Of a stretch of 64,000 nucleotides of DNA, positions 1-12,237 are shown piece after piece. Within the stretch, counting starts at the first letter, position 1; every line of letters starts with the position of its first letter. Origin of the DNA: an uncultured Desulfarculus sp. GTDB lineage: Bacteria > Desulfobacterota > Desulfarculia > Desulfarculales > Desulfarculaceae. Below the pieces are notes generated by a model. The model did no database searches and was not told where the DNA came from. It was given only the letters and a program-made list of their open reading frames with translations. The position numbers and the translations under genes were made by a program. The stretch spans positions 768,001 to 832,000 of the forward strand of contig CAXXUK010000002.1 of NCBI GenBank assembly GCA_963665125.2. The letters run 5' to 3'.

Positions 1-1
1 C

Positions 2-481
2 TACAGCCCGCCCAGCAGGGTGGCCATTCTTGAAAAACCGCTGACCCTGGGGCCGGACAACCCGGAAGTCGTTTTGACGGCTCCTGCATGGGTTACGGGC
101 CTGAGCCGCATCCATGCAATCAGCCATCTCAATGAAGCGGCTGATCTGACCCAGGGCGAGCCAGTGGCTCAGCTTATCGCCACCGACGCCCAGGGAGTGC
201 CGTACGTGTTTTTACTCCGGGCCGGGGTGGACACCGCTGAAGAAGAATTTGACCGCCGGGCGGTCAACAGCCGGATTGCCCATTCAAAGGCCAGGGTCGC
301 CGGCTCCCGCACGGTATGCGCCCCCACCGGCGAAGCCTATGAGGCCCACGATTACTACACCGGCCTGTTCCTAGGCCGCCGGGTGGGATCATTGGTTGAT
401 GTGACTCTGCGCTATGTCTATAAAAACCAAGCCGGTAAAGAGCCGGTTCTCATGACCATCCAAAAGATCGGCCTGGAATAG
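2..481 (+). CDS. hypothetical protein, probably 5'-truncated by the window edge
   Basis: ORF 20..481; the frame stays open to the window start; no motif recognised. Confidence 0.5.
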   Translation, partial: YSPPSRVAILEKPLTLGPDNPEVVLTAPAWVTGLSRIHAISHLNEAADLTQGEPVAQLIATDAQGVPYVFLLRAGVDTAEEEFDRRAVNSRIAHSKARVAGSRTVCAPTGEAYEAHDYYTGLFLGRRVGSLVDVTLRYVYKNQAGKEPVLMTIQKIGLE

Positions 482-492
482 GACGCGTCCGC

Positions 493-1449
493 TCAAATCA
501 GGCTGTAGGCGAATTGTTCGAAAAGCTCCGGCGAAAACTTGCCAGCCAGCATGTCGCCCTTTAGCAGTGTGAGGGTGTCCAGGGGGCTCATGGGCTTGCG
601 GTAGACCCGTTCATCGCTGGTCAGGGCCTCGTAGCAGTCCACCAGGCCCACAACCTGGCCCACATAAGATACATCGGTGATGCCAAAGGGATATCCGCTG
701 CCGTCTATCTTCTCATGGTGTTCGCCAATGGCCTCGGCCACGGCGGGCGGAAAATGGTCCTCGTCGATGTGCTCCAGGCCCTTCAGGGGATGTTTGCGGA
801 TCTCGCGGAACTCTTCGTCGGTCAGTTTACGTTGGGCCTTGAGAATATTCTGGTCTATGAACAGCTTGCCCAAGTCGTGCAGCAGGCCCCCGAGCCCGAT
901 TTCGGCCACTTCCTGTTGGGTGTGCTTTTGGTGCAGGCAAAAGGCGATGACCAAAGCGGCCACGTTGACCGAGTGCATGGCCGTGGAATAATCCATGTCG
1001 GCCATCAGGGCCAGTTGAATAAGGGAGTTGCGATTGTCGGCATAGGCCGAGACAAGGGTTTTTACCGTATCGGCGAGCCCGTCGAGGTTGCCCGCCCGGG
1101 GGTCGGCGAAGGTCTCCTCCACCACCTGCACGACGACGGTTTTAACCAGGGCGGCATCGCCGGCAATGGCCGCCTGGACGAGCTGCTGATTCAAGGCTCC
1201 CTGGACCTCGCCGATTGCCGAGAGCTTGTCCCCGCGTAGGGCAAAGATGTCTTTGGGAAGATTGTCGTCGGTATAACCCATCTCGGGCAGGGTGACTCCG
1301 CGCTTTTTCAGTGTAACCAATTTGCCGGATTTGTGTTGGGTGTACAGGGGAATGCTGCGGTAATACCAAACCTGGGGTTTGCGAACCCGTTGCAAATCGC
1401 TTTGTACTGTGTCCGGAACAGTTGACGACTTCATGCCATCCGGTACCAA
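493..1449 (-). CDS. HD-GYP domain phosphohydrolase (c-di-GMP phosphodiesterase family)
   Basis: LLHDLGK, IRKHP and HHEKIDGSGYP motifs. Confidence 0.9.
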   Translation of the reverse strand: MVPDGMKSSTVPDTVQSDLQRVRKPQVWYYRSIPLYTQHKSGKLVTLKKRGVTLPEMGYTDDNLPKDIFALRGDKLSAIGEVQGALNQQLVQAAIAGDAALVKTVVVQVVEETFADPRAGNLDGLADTVKTLVSAYADNRNSLIQLALMADMDYSTAMHSVNVAALVIAFCLHQKHTQQEVAEIGLGGLLHDLGKLFIDQNILKAQRKLTDEEFREIRKHPLKGLEHIDEDHFPPAVAEAIGEHHEKIDGSGYPFGITDVSYVGQVVGLVDCYEALTSDERVYRKPMSPLDTLTLLKGDMLAGKFSPELFEQFAYSLI

Positions 1450-1526
1450 TTCGGTTCTTCCTGGGCCGTATTTACGCTTTATTGTGACATTGGGGTGATA
1501 ATTTAATTATAGGTGAAATCGATTTT

Positions 1527-2309
1527 CTAGCTACGCAAAAGTTTGGAGATCCAATCGCCCGTCCGCTCCAAGGCCTCGTCTGTAATTCTGTCGGCACGCT
1601 TCATGTCTCCGGCCAGACAGGCCTTTGTGGCCGCAACCTTCAGACTCAGGGCCTTTTGCGGCCCCAAAGCCAGCCAGGCCGCGGCATAGGATATATCGCC
1701 GCCCCATTGGCTGAACAGCTCCTCACCGGGCAGACCGTCTGCCATGTCCGCCAGATCGTCTTCAAGCCGGTCCAGGTCGCCGTCCTTCGGGGCATGACTG
1801 TCGTAAATCGGCCGCACGCAGCGGCAGTATTCAGGGCCCGGAGCAAGGACCTCCGAGGGTAGTTTCACGCCCATGGAGGCCCAGGCCTTGGCGGTTTGGC
1901 GTGCGGCATCAACCGCACCGGACCTGCGCTGTTCATAGGCCGTCGGCGACCACAGGCCATAGGCCCGGCAGCCCAGAAACCGGCGGGGATAGATGCTGCA
2001 ACGGCCCGGCTCCAGCCAGGGGCACTCTCTACGCTGGGCGGCGTTGAAAAGGAAATGCTCCACCAGGCGGACGGCCTGGTGTCTTGCTTCATCTATGGGC
2101 AGGGCGATAAGTTCGGAAAGCCAGACCAGTAATTCGATGTGCTGGACCGGGGGCAAAAGGCCGCAGCAAAGGCCCCGTCGCTGGCATGTGGTATCGGGCA
2201 AACGACCGTAGACGCGGCTCAGCGCGCTACGGTCGTTTGTGTGATTCAACTTTTTCAGGGCCTGCTCAATACCCGGAGGTAAATGCCGGTTTGTGGCAAA
2301 GTCCCCCAT
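1527..2309 (-). CDS. YkgJ-family cysteine-cluster (Fe-S/Zn) protein
   Basis: CQRRGLCC ... CPWL ... CSIYPRRFLGCRAYG pattern. Confidence 0.75.
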   Translation of the reverse strand: MGDFATNRHLPPGIEQALKKLNHTNDRSALSRVYGRLPDTTCQRRGLCCGLLPPVQHIELLVWLSELIALPIDEARHQAVRLVEHFLFNAAQRRECPWLEPGRCSIYPRRFLGCRAYGLWSPTAYEQRRSGAVDAARQTAKAWASMGVKLPSEVLAPGPEYCRCVRPIYDSHAPKDGDLDRLEDDLADMADGLPGEELFSQWGGDISYAAAWLALGPQKALSLKVAATKACLAGDMKRADRITDEALERTGDWISKLLRS

Positions 2310-2327
2310 TAATGAGCGATATAACTG

Positions 2328-2510
2328 CTAGCCGTTTTGCTTTGCTTCGCTGCAACCAGCGGGAGCGTAAGAGGCCAACAGGCTTTCAACATCTGCCTTG
2401 CGCAGGGAAACCTGGCCGCAACGGTCACAGATTACAGTGTGGTCATCGATGCCGGTGATGCGCTTTTCAACATTTTCGCAGTTGGTGCAAACATATTCGA
2501 AAACAGGCAT
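2328..2510 (-). CDS. FmdB-family zinc-ribbon protein
   Basis: MPVFEYVCTNC...CDRCG; GGAG RBS before ATG at 2510. Confidence 0.8.
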   Translation of the reverse strand: MPVFEYVCTNCENVEKRITGIDDHTVICDRCGQVSLRKADVESLLASYAPAGCSEAKQNG

Positions 2511-2789
2511 TTTAAACTCCAGTGCTTTGTTCCTGCGGCAACAGCAGTGCGTTTCAGTTGCCATTATATAAAGCAATGGGTGTGCCAAATTTGAAGTAAT
2601 CTGCTGTCTCATATATAACATGCCGAAAATATTATAGATATGTCAGGAGTTGGTTTAGGGCGCAGCAGGCGGACTATGTTCACATAATCACATTTTGGGA
2701 AAAAAAACGGCGTTTCGCCCCGCCTTGCGGGGTAAAATGCCCCATTGAATCACAATTCAGCGCATTTTTCACAATGTCGGCCTGGGACT

Positions 2790-3560
2790 CTATTCCGGCA
2801 ACTTCGGCAACCAACCCCGGCTGAGCATCGCGTCCAGGGCCTGATTGTGGGTCATGTCGTGGCGTAGGGGAGTGATGGTCACATAACCATCTAACAGAGA
2901 AGGATAATCCGTCTCCGGGCCGCCCTCTATGCCCATGGATTCGCCGGCCTGCCAGTAATAGGCCCGGCCCCAGGGGTCTTCCCGGCGCAGGAATGTCTCG
3001 CCCAGCCTGGCCCGGGACTGGCGCACGAAACGCACGCCCTTTATCTGGTCCACCGTAAGGTTGGGTATGTTGATGTTCAGGCTGACATCCGGCGGCGGGG
3101 CGAACTCCGGGTACTGCTCGATTAGACGGGCGGCCACCTTGGCGGCGTGGCCGAAATCGCGGCTTTTATGGCTGGACATGGAAAAGGCCATGGAGCTCAG
3201 GCCCATGATGGTGGCTTCGGTGGCGGCGCTGACCGTGCCGGAGTACAGCACGTTGACCCCCACGTTGGCTCCCTGGTTGATGCCGCTTACCACCAGATCA
3301 GGTGTGAAATCCATCAATTCGCTGAGGGCAAGCTTGACGCAGTCGGCGGGCGTGCCGGCCACTGCAAAGCCGTTCATGTCCGAAGGCCCGTTCAAGGGCC
3401 GGACCTTGATGGGGTCGGCCAAGGTGATGGAATGGCCCACGGCGGATTGCTCGGTTTCCGGCGCGGCCACGAACACATCGTGGGTTTCCCTGAGGGCCTT
3501 GTGCAGGGCCCTGATTCCCGGCGCGAATACGCCGTCATCGTTTGTCAGTAAAATACGCAT
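2790..3560 (-). CDS. surE: 5'/3'-nucleotidase SurE
   Basis: LLTNDDG, GTPADCV, SGINQGAN, YSGTVSAA motifs. Confidence 0.97.
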   Translation of the reverse strand: MRILLTNDDGVFAPGIRALHKALRETHDVFVAAPETEQSAVGHSITLADPIKVRPLNGPSDMNGFAVAGTPADCVKLALSELMDFTPDLVVSGINQGANVGVNVLYSGTVSAATEATIMGLSSMAFSMSSHKSRDFGHAAKVAARLIEQYPEFAPPPDVSLNINIPNLTVDQIKGVRFVRQSRARLGETFLRREDPWGRAYYWQAGESMGIEGGPETDYPSLLDGYVTITPLRHDMTHNQALDAMLSRGWLPKLPE

Positions 3561-3734
3561 GATAACCGAAGTCTAATCCCGGCTAAAAAAGGTGTCAATC
3601 AAATGCGCCACCCGTGATTTGACTTTAACCTGATCGTGCTTAAATTGTATACAAAATCGTTTGGGGCGTTTTTCCCAAAGGCCCCCCGCATCATCCGATG
3701 CTTTCGCAGATCCTGTCAGAGTTGGGGTGTATAC

Positions 3735-4541
3735 ATGGCTGCAACAGGTTATGTCCACGGGTATTCGCAAACAGAGGCCGAGCGCCTTTCCGACCAGGCC
3801 CAGACCCTGGCCTCCATGCTTCACGAAGGGGTGATATTCCCCACCGGGTCAAAAGTGCTGGAGGCTGGCTGCGGAGTGGGGGCCCAGACCCAGTATCTAG
3901 CATACTCCAGCCCGGAGGCCCGGATCACCAGCGTGGATATTTCGCCGGAGTCGCTGGCCCTGGCCCAAAAACGCATCAAGGAGTTGGGCCATGGAAACGT
4001 TGAATTCATCCAGGGCGACATCTTCGACCTGCCCTTTGCCGAGGCCAGCTTTGACCACGCCTTTGTCTGCTTCGTGCTGGAACATCTGGCCGAGCCGGAA
4101 AAGGCCCTGGCCGCCGTGCGCCGGATGATCAAGCCGGGCGGCACACTTACGGTCATCGAGGGCGACCACGGCTCGTGCTATTTTCACCCCGAGACGCCCG
4201 AGGCCAGGGCCGCGTGGCAGTGCCTGATAGACTCCCAGGCCGCCCTGGGCGGTGACTCGCTCATCGGCCGCAGGCTCTATCCGCTGTTGGCCGGGGCCGG
4301 TTTCAGTGAAATAAACGTGCGCCCGGTGCCGATTTATGCCGACGGCAGCTTGCCCCACATGGCCGACGGTTTTACCTTGAAAACAATCTGCGCCATGGTC
4401 GAGGGAGTGCAGGAACAGTCACTGGCCACGGGTCTTATTGATGAGGCCGTTTGGCGCAAAGGCACGGCGGATTTGCGCCGCACTGCTGAAGATGACGGTG
4501 TATTCTGTTATACCTTTTTCAAGGGCGTTGCCCGCAAATAG
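3735..4541 (+). CDS. class I SAM-dependent methyltransferase
   Basis: VLEAGCGVG motif [13 protein letters not shown]; start placed at MAATGY. Confidence 0.9.
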   Translation: MAATGYVHGYSQTEAERLSDQAQTLASMLHEGVIFPTGSKVLEAGCGVGAQTQYLAYSSPEARITSVDISPESLALAQKRIKELGHGNVEFIQGDIFDLPFAEASFDHAFVCFVLEHLAEPEKALAAVRRMIKPGGTLTVIEGDHGSCYFHPETPEARAAWQCLIDSQAALGGDSLIGRRLYPLLAGAGFSEINVRPVPIYADGSLPHMADGFTLKTICAMVEGVQEQSLATGLIDEAVWRKGTADLRRTAEDDGVFCYTFFKGVARK

Positions 4542-4581
4542 ACAATCCGCGCCCCCGGGCGCTACTGGAGAGCCGAAACAT

Positions 4582-5556
4582 ATGAACCGTATCAAGACCG
4601 TATTGCTCCTGGGCCTGCTCACCGGCGTGCTTGTCGCCATCGGCGGGGCCATCGGCGGCCGGATGGGCATGATCATCGCCCTGATCCTGGCAACGGCCAT
4701 GAACTTCTTTTCATACTGGTATTCCGACAAGATCGTCCTGAAGGCCTACCGGGCCCAACCCCTGGAAGAACACCAGGCCCCGCGGCTTTTCGCCATAGTC
4801 CGCGACCTGACCGGCCGGGCCGGCCTGCCCATGCCCCGCATCGCGGTGATCCCCGACTCCACACCCAACGCCTTTGCCACGGGCCGCAACCCGGACAACG
4901 CCGTGGTGGCCGTGACCCAGGGCATCGTCGACCTTCTCAGCGAGCGGGAGTTGCGGGGCGTTTTGTCCCATGAACTGGGCCACGTCAAGGACCGCGACAT
5001 CCTGGTAAGCTCCGTGGCCGCCACCATCGCCGGGGCGATCATGGTCCTGGCCTCCATGGCCCGCTGGGCCATGATTTTCGGCGGGTCCCGCGACGACGAC
5101 GAGGGCGGCGCGGGCATCCTGGGCCTGCTTATGATGTCGATCATCGCGCCCCTGGCGGCCATGCTGATCCAGATGGCCATCAGCCGCAGCCGGGAATACC
5201 TGGCCGACCGCGAAGGCGCCGAGATGAGCGAGGACCCCGGCGCCCTGGCCGACGCCCTGGCCAAGCTGCAAAGCGCCAACCAAGCGCATCCCATGCAATC
5301 GGCAAAGCCCCAGAGCGCCCACCTGTTCATAGTCAATCCGCTCAGCGCCAAGGGCATGGCCAATCTGTTTTCGACCCATCCACCCATTGAAGAACGCATC
5401 GGCCGCTTGCGGGCCATGGGCGGCGGTTCGGGCTACAGCGGCGGCCGGGGCAGGGTGAACGTGGCCCCGCCGTCTCCGCCTCCCCCGCCCGGACCTTCCG
5501 CCGGGTCTTCAACGTCAAACCGGCCCGGTGGCGGCGGCAAGATTGACTGGAGTTAA
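4582..5556 (+). CDS. htpX: zinc metalloprotease HtpX
   Basis: [33 protein letters not shown] upstream of ATG 4582. Confidence 0.95.
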   Translation: MNRIKTVLLLGLLTGVLVAIGGAIGGRMGMIIALILATAMNFFSYWYSDKIVLKAYRAQPLEEHQAPRLFAIVRDLTGRAGLPMPRIAVIPDSTPNAFATGRNPDNAVVAVTQGIVDLLSERELRGVLSHELGHVKDRDILVSSVAATIAGAIMVLASMARWAMIFGGSRDDDEGGAGILGLLMMSIIAPLAAMLIQMAISRSREYLADREGAEMSEDPGALADALAKLQSANQAHPMQSAKPQSAHLFIVNPLSAKGMANLFSTHPPIEERIGRLRAMGGGSGYSGGRGRVNVAPPSPPPPPGPSAGSSTSNRPGGGGKIDWS

Positions 5557-5560
5557 CTTG

Positions 5561-6918
5561 ATGAACATCAGGCATTGGGGCATCATCGCCCTGGCCTTCG
5601 TCCTGGCCCTGTGCCTGGCGGCGGCCCCGGCATTGGCGAAACAGCAGAGCCCGGTGGTCAGGGCCGTCAAAAACGTGGGCCCGGCCGTGGTAAACATATC
5701 CACCACGGGCATTGTCAAGCGTTCGTTTGCCACCGGCGACCCGCTGATGGACCGCTTTTTCCAGGACATGTTCCGGCCCATGGTCCGGCGGCAAACCACC
5801 CTGGGCAGCGGCGTGATCATCGACGGCAAACGCGGGCTCATCATCACCAATCATCATGTGGTGGACGAGGCCTCGGAGATCAAGGTCCAGTTGGCCGATC
5901 GCCGGGTGTTCACGGCCAAACCGGTGGGCGCCGATCCCCATAGCGATTTGGCGCTGCTGCGCATAGACACCAGCGACAACCTGCCCCAGGTGGAGATAGC
6001 CCAGGGCGAGCCTCTGATGATCGGCGAGACGGTCATCGCCATCGCAACCCCTTCGGTCTGCAACACACCGTCACCGCGGGCGTGGTCAGCGCCCTGGGCC
6101 GCAGGGTGCCCATCGGCCCGGATGAGTGGATGACCGGCCTGATCCAGACCGACGCCAGCATCAATCCGGGCAATTCCGGCGGGCCCTTGGTGGACACCGA
6201 CGGCAAGGTGGTTGGCATCAATACGGCCATCTTCCAACGGGCCCAGGGCATCGGTTTCGCCGTTCCCGCCGGGCGGGTGCGGCGGGTGGTCCAGGCGCTT
6301 TTGAAGGGCGCGCCGCCCCGGCCCATGTGGATCGGCGTGGGGGCCCAGGACCTGACGCCGGACCTGGCCCAGGCATTCGGCCTGCACGCGGCCTCAGGTG
6401 TTTTGATCAAGGACGTTTTGCCCGACAGCCCGGCCGCCGACGCCGGTCTCAAGCGCGGGCTGGTGATCTTGAGTGTTGACGGGCAGCCCCTGTTGGACCG
6501 CATGCACCTGATGGACATGCTGGACCAGACGCCGCCCGACGGCAGCCTGGCCTTTGAATGCACCGACGGCTACAAGACCTACCGGCTGGAGGTGAGGCCC
6601 GAGGAATTCCCCGAGAGCATGGCCCGCCGCATTGCCTGGGAGCGGCTGGGCCTGAGCCTGCGGGAAATGACCGACGCCGACGCCCGGCGCCATGGCGTGC
6701 GGCCCGGAGGCGCGGTGGTGGTGGACCAGGTGCGGGCCGGATCGCCCTGCGACGAGATCGGCCTACAGGCCGACGACCTGCTGTTGGGTGTCTGCGGGCG
6801 ACCCACGGCGACCCTGGACGAACTGCGCAATCAGGTGGCCCGTTGCCGCTTCAACGACACACTCAGCGTTACGGCCCAACGGGGCCGGGTGACCAGGACA
6901 ATAAGGCTCAAAGATTAG
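5561..6918 (+). pseudogene. HtrA/DegP-family serine protease with two PDZ domains, frameshifted near 6044 (possibly a sequencing error)
   Basis: TNHHVV and SDLAL lie in one frame, [10 protein letters not shown] and the PDZ domains in another; ATC GC AAC CCC TTC GGT lacks one G of the conserved IGNPFG. Confidence 0.88.
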
Positions 6919-6936
6919 CGCAATAACTAATGAAAT

Positions 6937-6986
6937 ATGCCGTCAGCCAAGGCTTTTTACGCAATGGCTGACGGCATGTTGTTTTT
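6937..6986. terminator. intrinsic terminator between convergent htrA-like gene and gcvH
   Basis: 13-bp perfect inverted repeat ATGCCGTCAGCCA / TGGCTGACGGCAT followed by GTTGTTTTT. Confidence 0.75.
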
Positions 6987-7003
6987 GATGGCGGGCGCGG
7001 GGG

Positions 7004-7384
7004 TTATCCGATGGCGGCCTTGTAGGCGGCGGCGTCCATCAGCGAGTCCAATTGGGCCGGGTCGTCCAGCTTGATCCGGGCCAGCCAACCCGCGCCGTAG
7101 GGATCGTTGTTCAGCGCCGAGGGGTCGTCGTCCAGGGCCGCGTTGGCCTCCAGGACCAAACCGCTGACCGGGGCGATAAGGTCGCTGACGCTCTTGGCGC
7201 TTTCGATGGCCCCCATCTCCGAACCGGCCTCCAACTCGTCATCCTCTTCGGGCAGGTCTACATAGACCACCTTGCCCAATTGATCCTGGGCAAAGTCGCT
7301 GATGCCCACGGTGACTTCGGCATCGTCCAGGCGGCGCACCCACAGGTGTTCGGCGTGATACAAAAGATCGTCGGGAAAAGTCAT
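7004..7384 (-). CDS. gcvH: glycine cleavage system H protein (lipoyl carrier)
   Basis: VGISDFAQDQLG, IESAKSVSD lipoyl-Lys motif, NNDPYGAGW. Confidence 0.93.
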   Translation of the reverse strand: MTFPDDLLYHAEHLWVRRLDDAEVTVGISDFAQDQLGKVVYVDLPEEDDELEAGSEMGAIESAKSVSDLIAPVSGLVLEANAALDDDPSALNNDPYGAGWLARIKLDDPAQLDSLMDAAAYKAAIG

Positions 7385-8166
7385 GTCAGGCTCCCTTGCT
7401 TGAGGCTTCTGCGCCACAGGAAAAACAAAACAACCGCACTGCCCAGGGCCAGGCACCCGGCGAACACCGCCGTGGGGGCGACGTCGCCGAACAGTGGCTC
7501 ACCCCGGAAATCGTCGCGGAACTGCTCGATGATCATCCGGGCGATGCCGTGCAACATTGTGTAGGTGAAAAACACCTGTCCGTAAAACCGGCGGCGTTTG
7601 CGTATTATCAAGGTGATTATGAAGATCAGAATCAGCGCGGCCGATGTATAGAGCTGGGTCGGATGCAGGGGCACGTCTTTGGGGGCCAGGCTTCCGGGGT
7701 TGGTGAATGTAACCGCGCATATGCCGCCCTCCCAGGGTTTGCCGTAGCAGCATCCTGCCATGAAGCAGCCGATGCGGCCGATGGCTTGGCCCAGGGGCGC
7801 GATGACTCCGGCGATGTCCATAAGCCTGAGCGTGGGCAGCTTGTAATGGCGGATCATGATAACGGCCACGGGCAGGCCCACGGCGATGCCGCCGTAGAAA
7901 ACCAGGCCGCCCTGCCACAGGAAGAAAAACTCATACCATGGCTGGTATTGCAGCTTGTCCCACTCGATGATGTAGAAGGCAAGGCGGGTGCCCAGCAGGC
8001 CGCTGAGCATGGTGATTACGCCGACATTGGTGCACTTGTCCGGGTCCAGGCCGTCTTTATGGACCAGGTACAGGCCGAAGAACATGCACGCGGCCGTGCC
8101 CAGGGCCACGAACACGCCATAGCTGTAGAGAGTGAAAGAGCCTATCTGCAGGAGAATGGGATGCAT
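7381..8166 (-). CDS. lgt: prolipoprotein diacylglyceryl transferase
   Basis: GGLVFYGG, QAIGRIGCFMAGCCYG, HPTQLY, EQFR. Confidence 0.95.
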   Translation of the reverse strand: MHPILLQIGSFTLYSYGVFVALGTAACMFFGLYLVHKDGLDPDKCTNVGVITMLSGLLGTRLAFYIIEWDKLQYQPWYEFFFLWQGGLVFYGGIAVGLPVAVIMIRHYKLPTLRLMDIAGVIAPLGQAIGRIGCFMAGCCYGKPWEGGICAVTFTNPGSLAPKDVPLHPTQLYTSAALILIFIITLIIRKRRRFYGQVFFTYTMLHGIARMIIEQFRDDFRGEPLFGDVAPTAVFAGCLALGSAVVLFFLWRRSLKQGSLT

Positions 8167-8182
8167 TGGGATCTCCGGAGGT

Positions 8183-8650
8183 TCAGAGTTTTCCGCGCAA
8201 CAGCATGTAAGCCAATAGGAACCCGCCCACGGTTATGGCCGAATCCGCCAGGTTGAACGCCGGGAATTGCCACCGGCCGTGATAGACCTGCACGAAGTCG
8301 ATGACCATGCCCAGGCGCAGCCGGTCGACCAGGTTGCCCACCGCACCGCCGCAGATCAGGGCAAGGGACCAAAGGGCCAGCTTGTGGCGGCCCCAGGGCC
8401 CCAAGGCCAAAACGATGCAAAAACCCAGGGCGGCCAGGCTGATGGCCACCAGGAACCAGCGTCCGCCGTTGACGGAGGCCAAAAAACCAAAGGCCGCGCC
8501 TTTGTTGTAGGCCAGTATCAGCCGTAACAGGCCGTCGATGATCGACACGCCGGCCTGGGGCAGGAACCTTACGATCAAGGCCTTGGTCAGCTGATCCAGG
8601 CCGACCACGGCCAAACCGATGATCAACAGGGTCGATATACGCCTCAGCAC
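8183..8650 (-). CDS. lspA: lipoprotein signal peptidase
   Basis: DQLTK, NKGAAFG, GNLVDR, VIDF, FNLADSAI. Confidence 0.96.
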   Translation of the reverse strand: MLRRISTLLIIGLAVVGLDQLTKALIVRFLPQAGVSIIDGLLRLILAYNKGAAFGFLASVNGGRWFLVAISLAALGFCIVLALGPWGRHKLALWSLALICGGAVGNLVDRLRLGMVIDFVQVYHGRWQFPAFNLADSAITVGGFLLAYMLLRGKL

Positions 8651-8653
8651 AGG

Positions 8654-11467
<2,814 letters not shown>

Positions 11468-11575
11468 GGTTCCATTCCTAATATGCCGCTAAAACGGCCC
11501 CAACCCAGGGCCGCAAATATTCTTATGCAGAATACAGGTTTGTACCATACGGGAGCGCCAAGTCAAGCCCGGCCC

Positions 11576-11651
11576 AACCCAATGCACGGGTTCCCAAAGA
11601 GGGGGGCAGCACTCAGAGCCCCAACAAACACCAGTGGCCCCGGACATACGG
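11576..11651 (+). repeat. dispersed intergenic repeat, copy A (related copy inverted at 43347-43444)
   Basis: AACCCAATGCacGGGTTCCCAAAGaGGGGGgCAgCACTCAG...AAAC..CAGTGGCCCCG aligns with the reverse complement of ~43369-43444. Confidence 0.8.
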
Positions 11652-11748
11652 TATCCGTCATCGACTTGAGAGCAGGTTTTCTTTTTACGGCCTCGGTGCC
11701 CTTTCCTGCTCCGCGCTGATTCAAGCTTCCTGGAAAGCCAATATTTCC

Positions 11749-11805
11749 CTGGGGGGGAGACGGGGAGCCCCTTTCGACAAAGGTGGTCCCCGTCTCCCCC
11801 CCCAG
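11749..11805. repeat. long GC-rich palindrome (REP-like hairpin)
   Basis: CTGGGGGGGAGACGGGGA ... TCCCCGTCTCCCCCCCCAG arms with an inner CTTT-CGAC-AAAG stem-loop. Confidence 0.7.
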
Positions 11806-11976
11806 ACCTCCTCTCCCCCCTCCAAATGACGTTGCCTCGAGTTGGGTCTGAGATGTCCTGGGATATGCTGGAACTTGTAGATGTTCAGTGCGCGTTGGCG
11901 GATGGGAACACCCGTCTCAAGCAGGATTACGCCATGACTCGGCGTGCGGGTTGTGCCACATGGCAGATTTGGGGCC

Positions 11977-12163
11977 GGTTGGGTCTGGCTATTCGCAGCA
12001 ATTAAACCCCAGATCTACGGACTGCTGGCCATGGATGGCCAGCCCGGCGCGGCGCGCTAGCCACGCGCCGTAAGCCCCGGATCGGATTTACTCCGTCCGG
12101 GGCGCTGCAACTTGGCCCAAGGGCGGGCCAAGTTGCAAGAAATCCCAGGCCGAATCGTTCGGC
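11977..12163. other. multi-hairpin structured intergenic element (candidate ncRNA or MITE/REP cluster)
   Basis: five consecutive stems: 12024-12043, 12050-12070, 12074-12103, 12106-12137, 12149-12163. Confidence 0.55.
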
Positions 12164-12237
12164 GCATTTGGCTTGACTGGGGGGGCGGCGGACGCTAGGC
12201 TTTGTCAGACAAAAAGGCACGAGATAAAGGGGCTTAG

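Noticed and set aside
2670..2775. CRP/FNR- or Rex-like sites (TCACA half-sites) upstream of the FmdB gene
   Set aside because: Only half-sites; no convincing full palindrome
11468..11810. T-box riboswitch upstream of ileS
   Set aside because: The GGTGG-like motif (~11782) is on the wrong strand and inside a palindrome; no T-box consensus seen on the ileS strand
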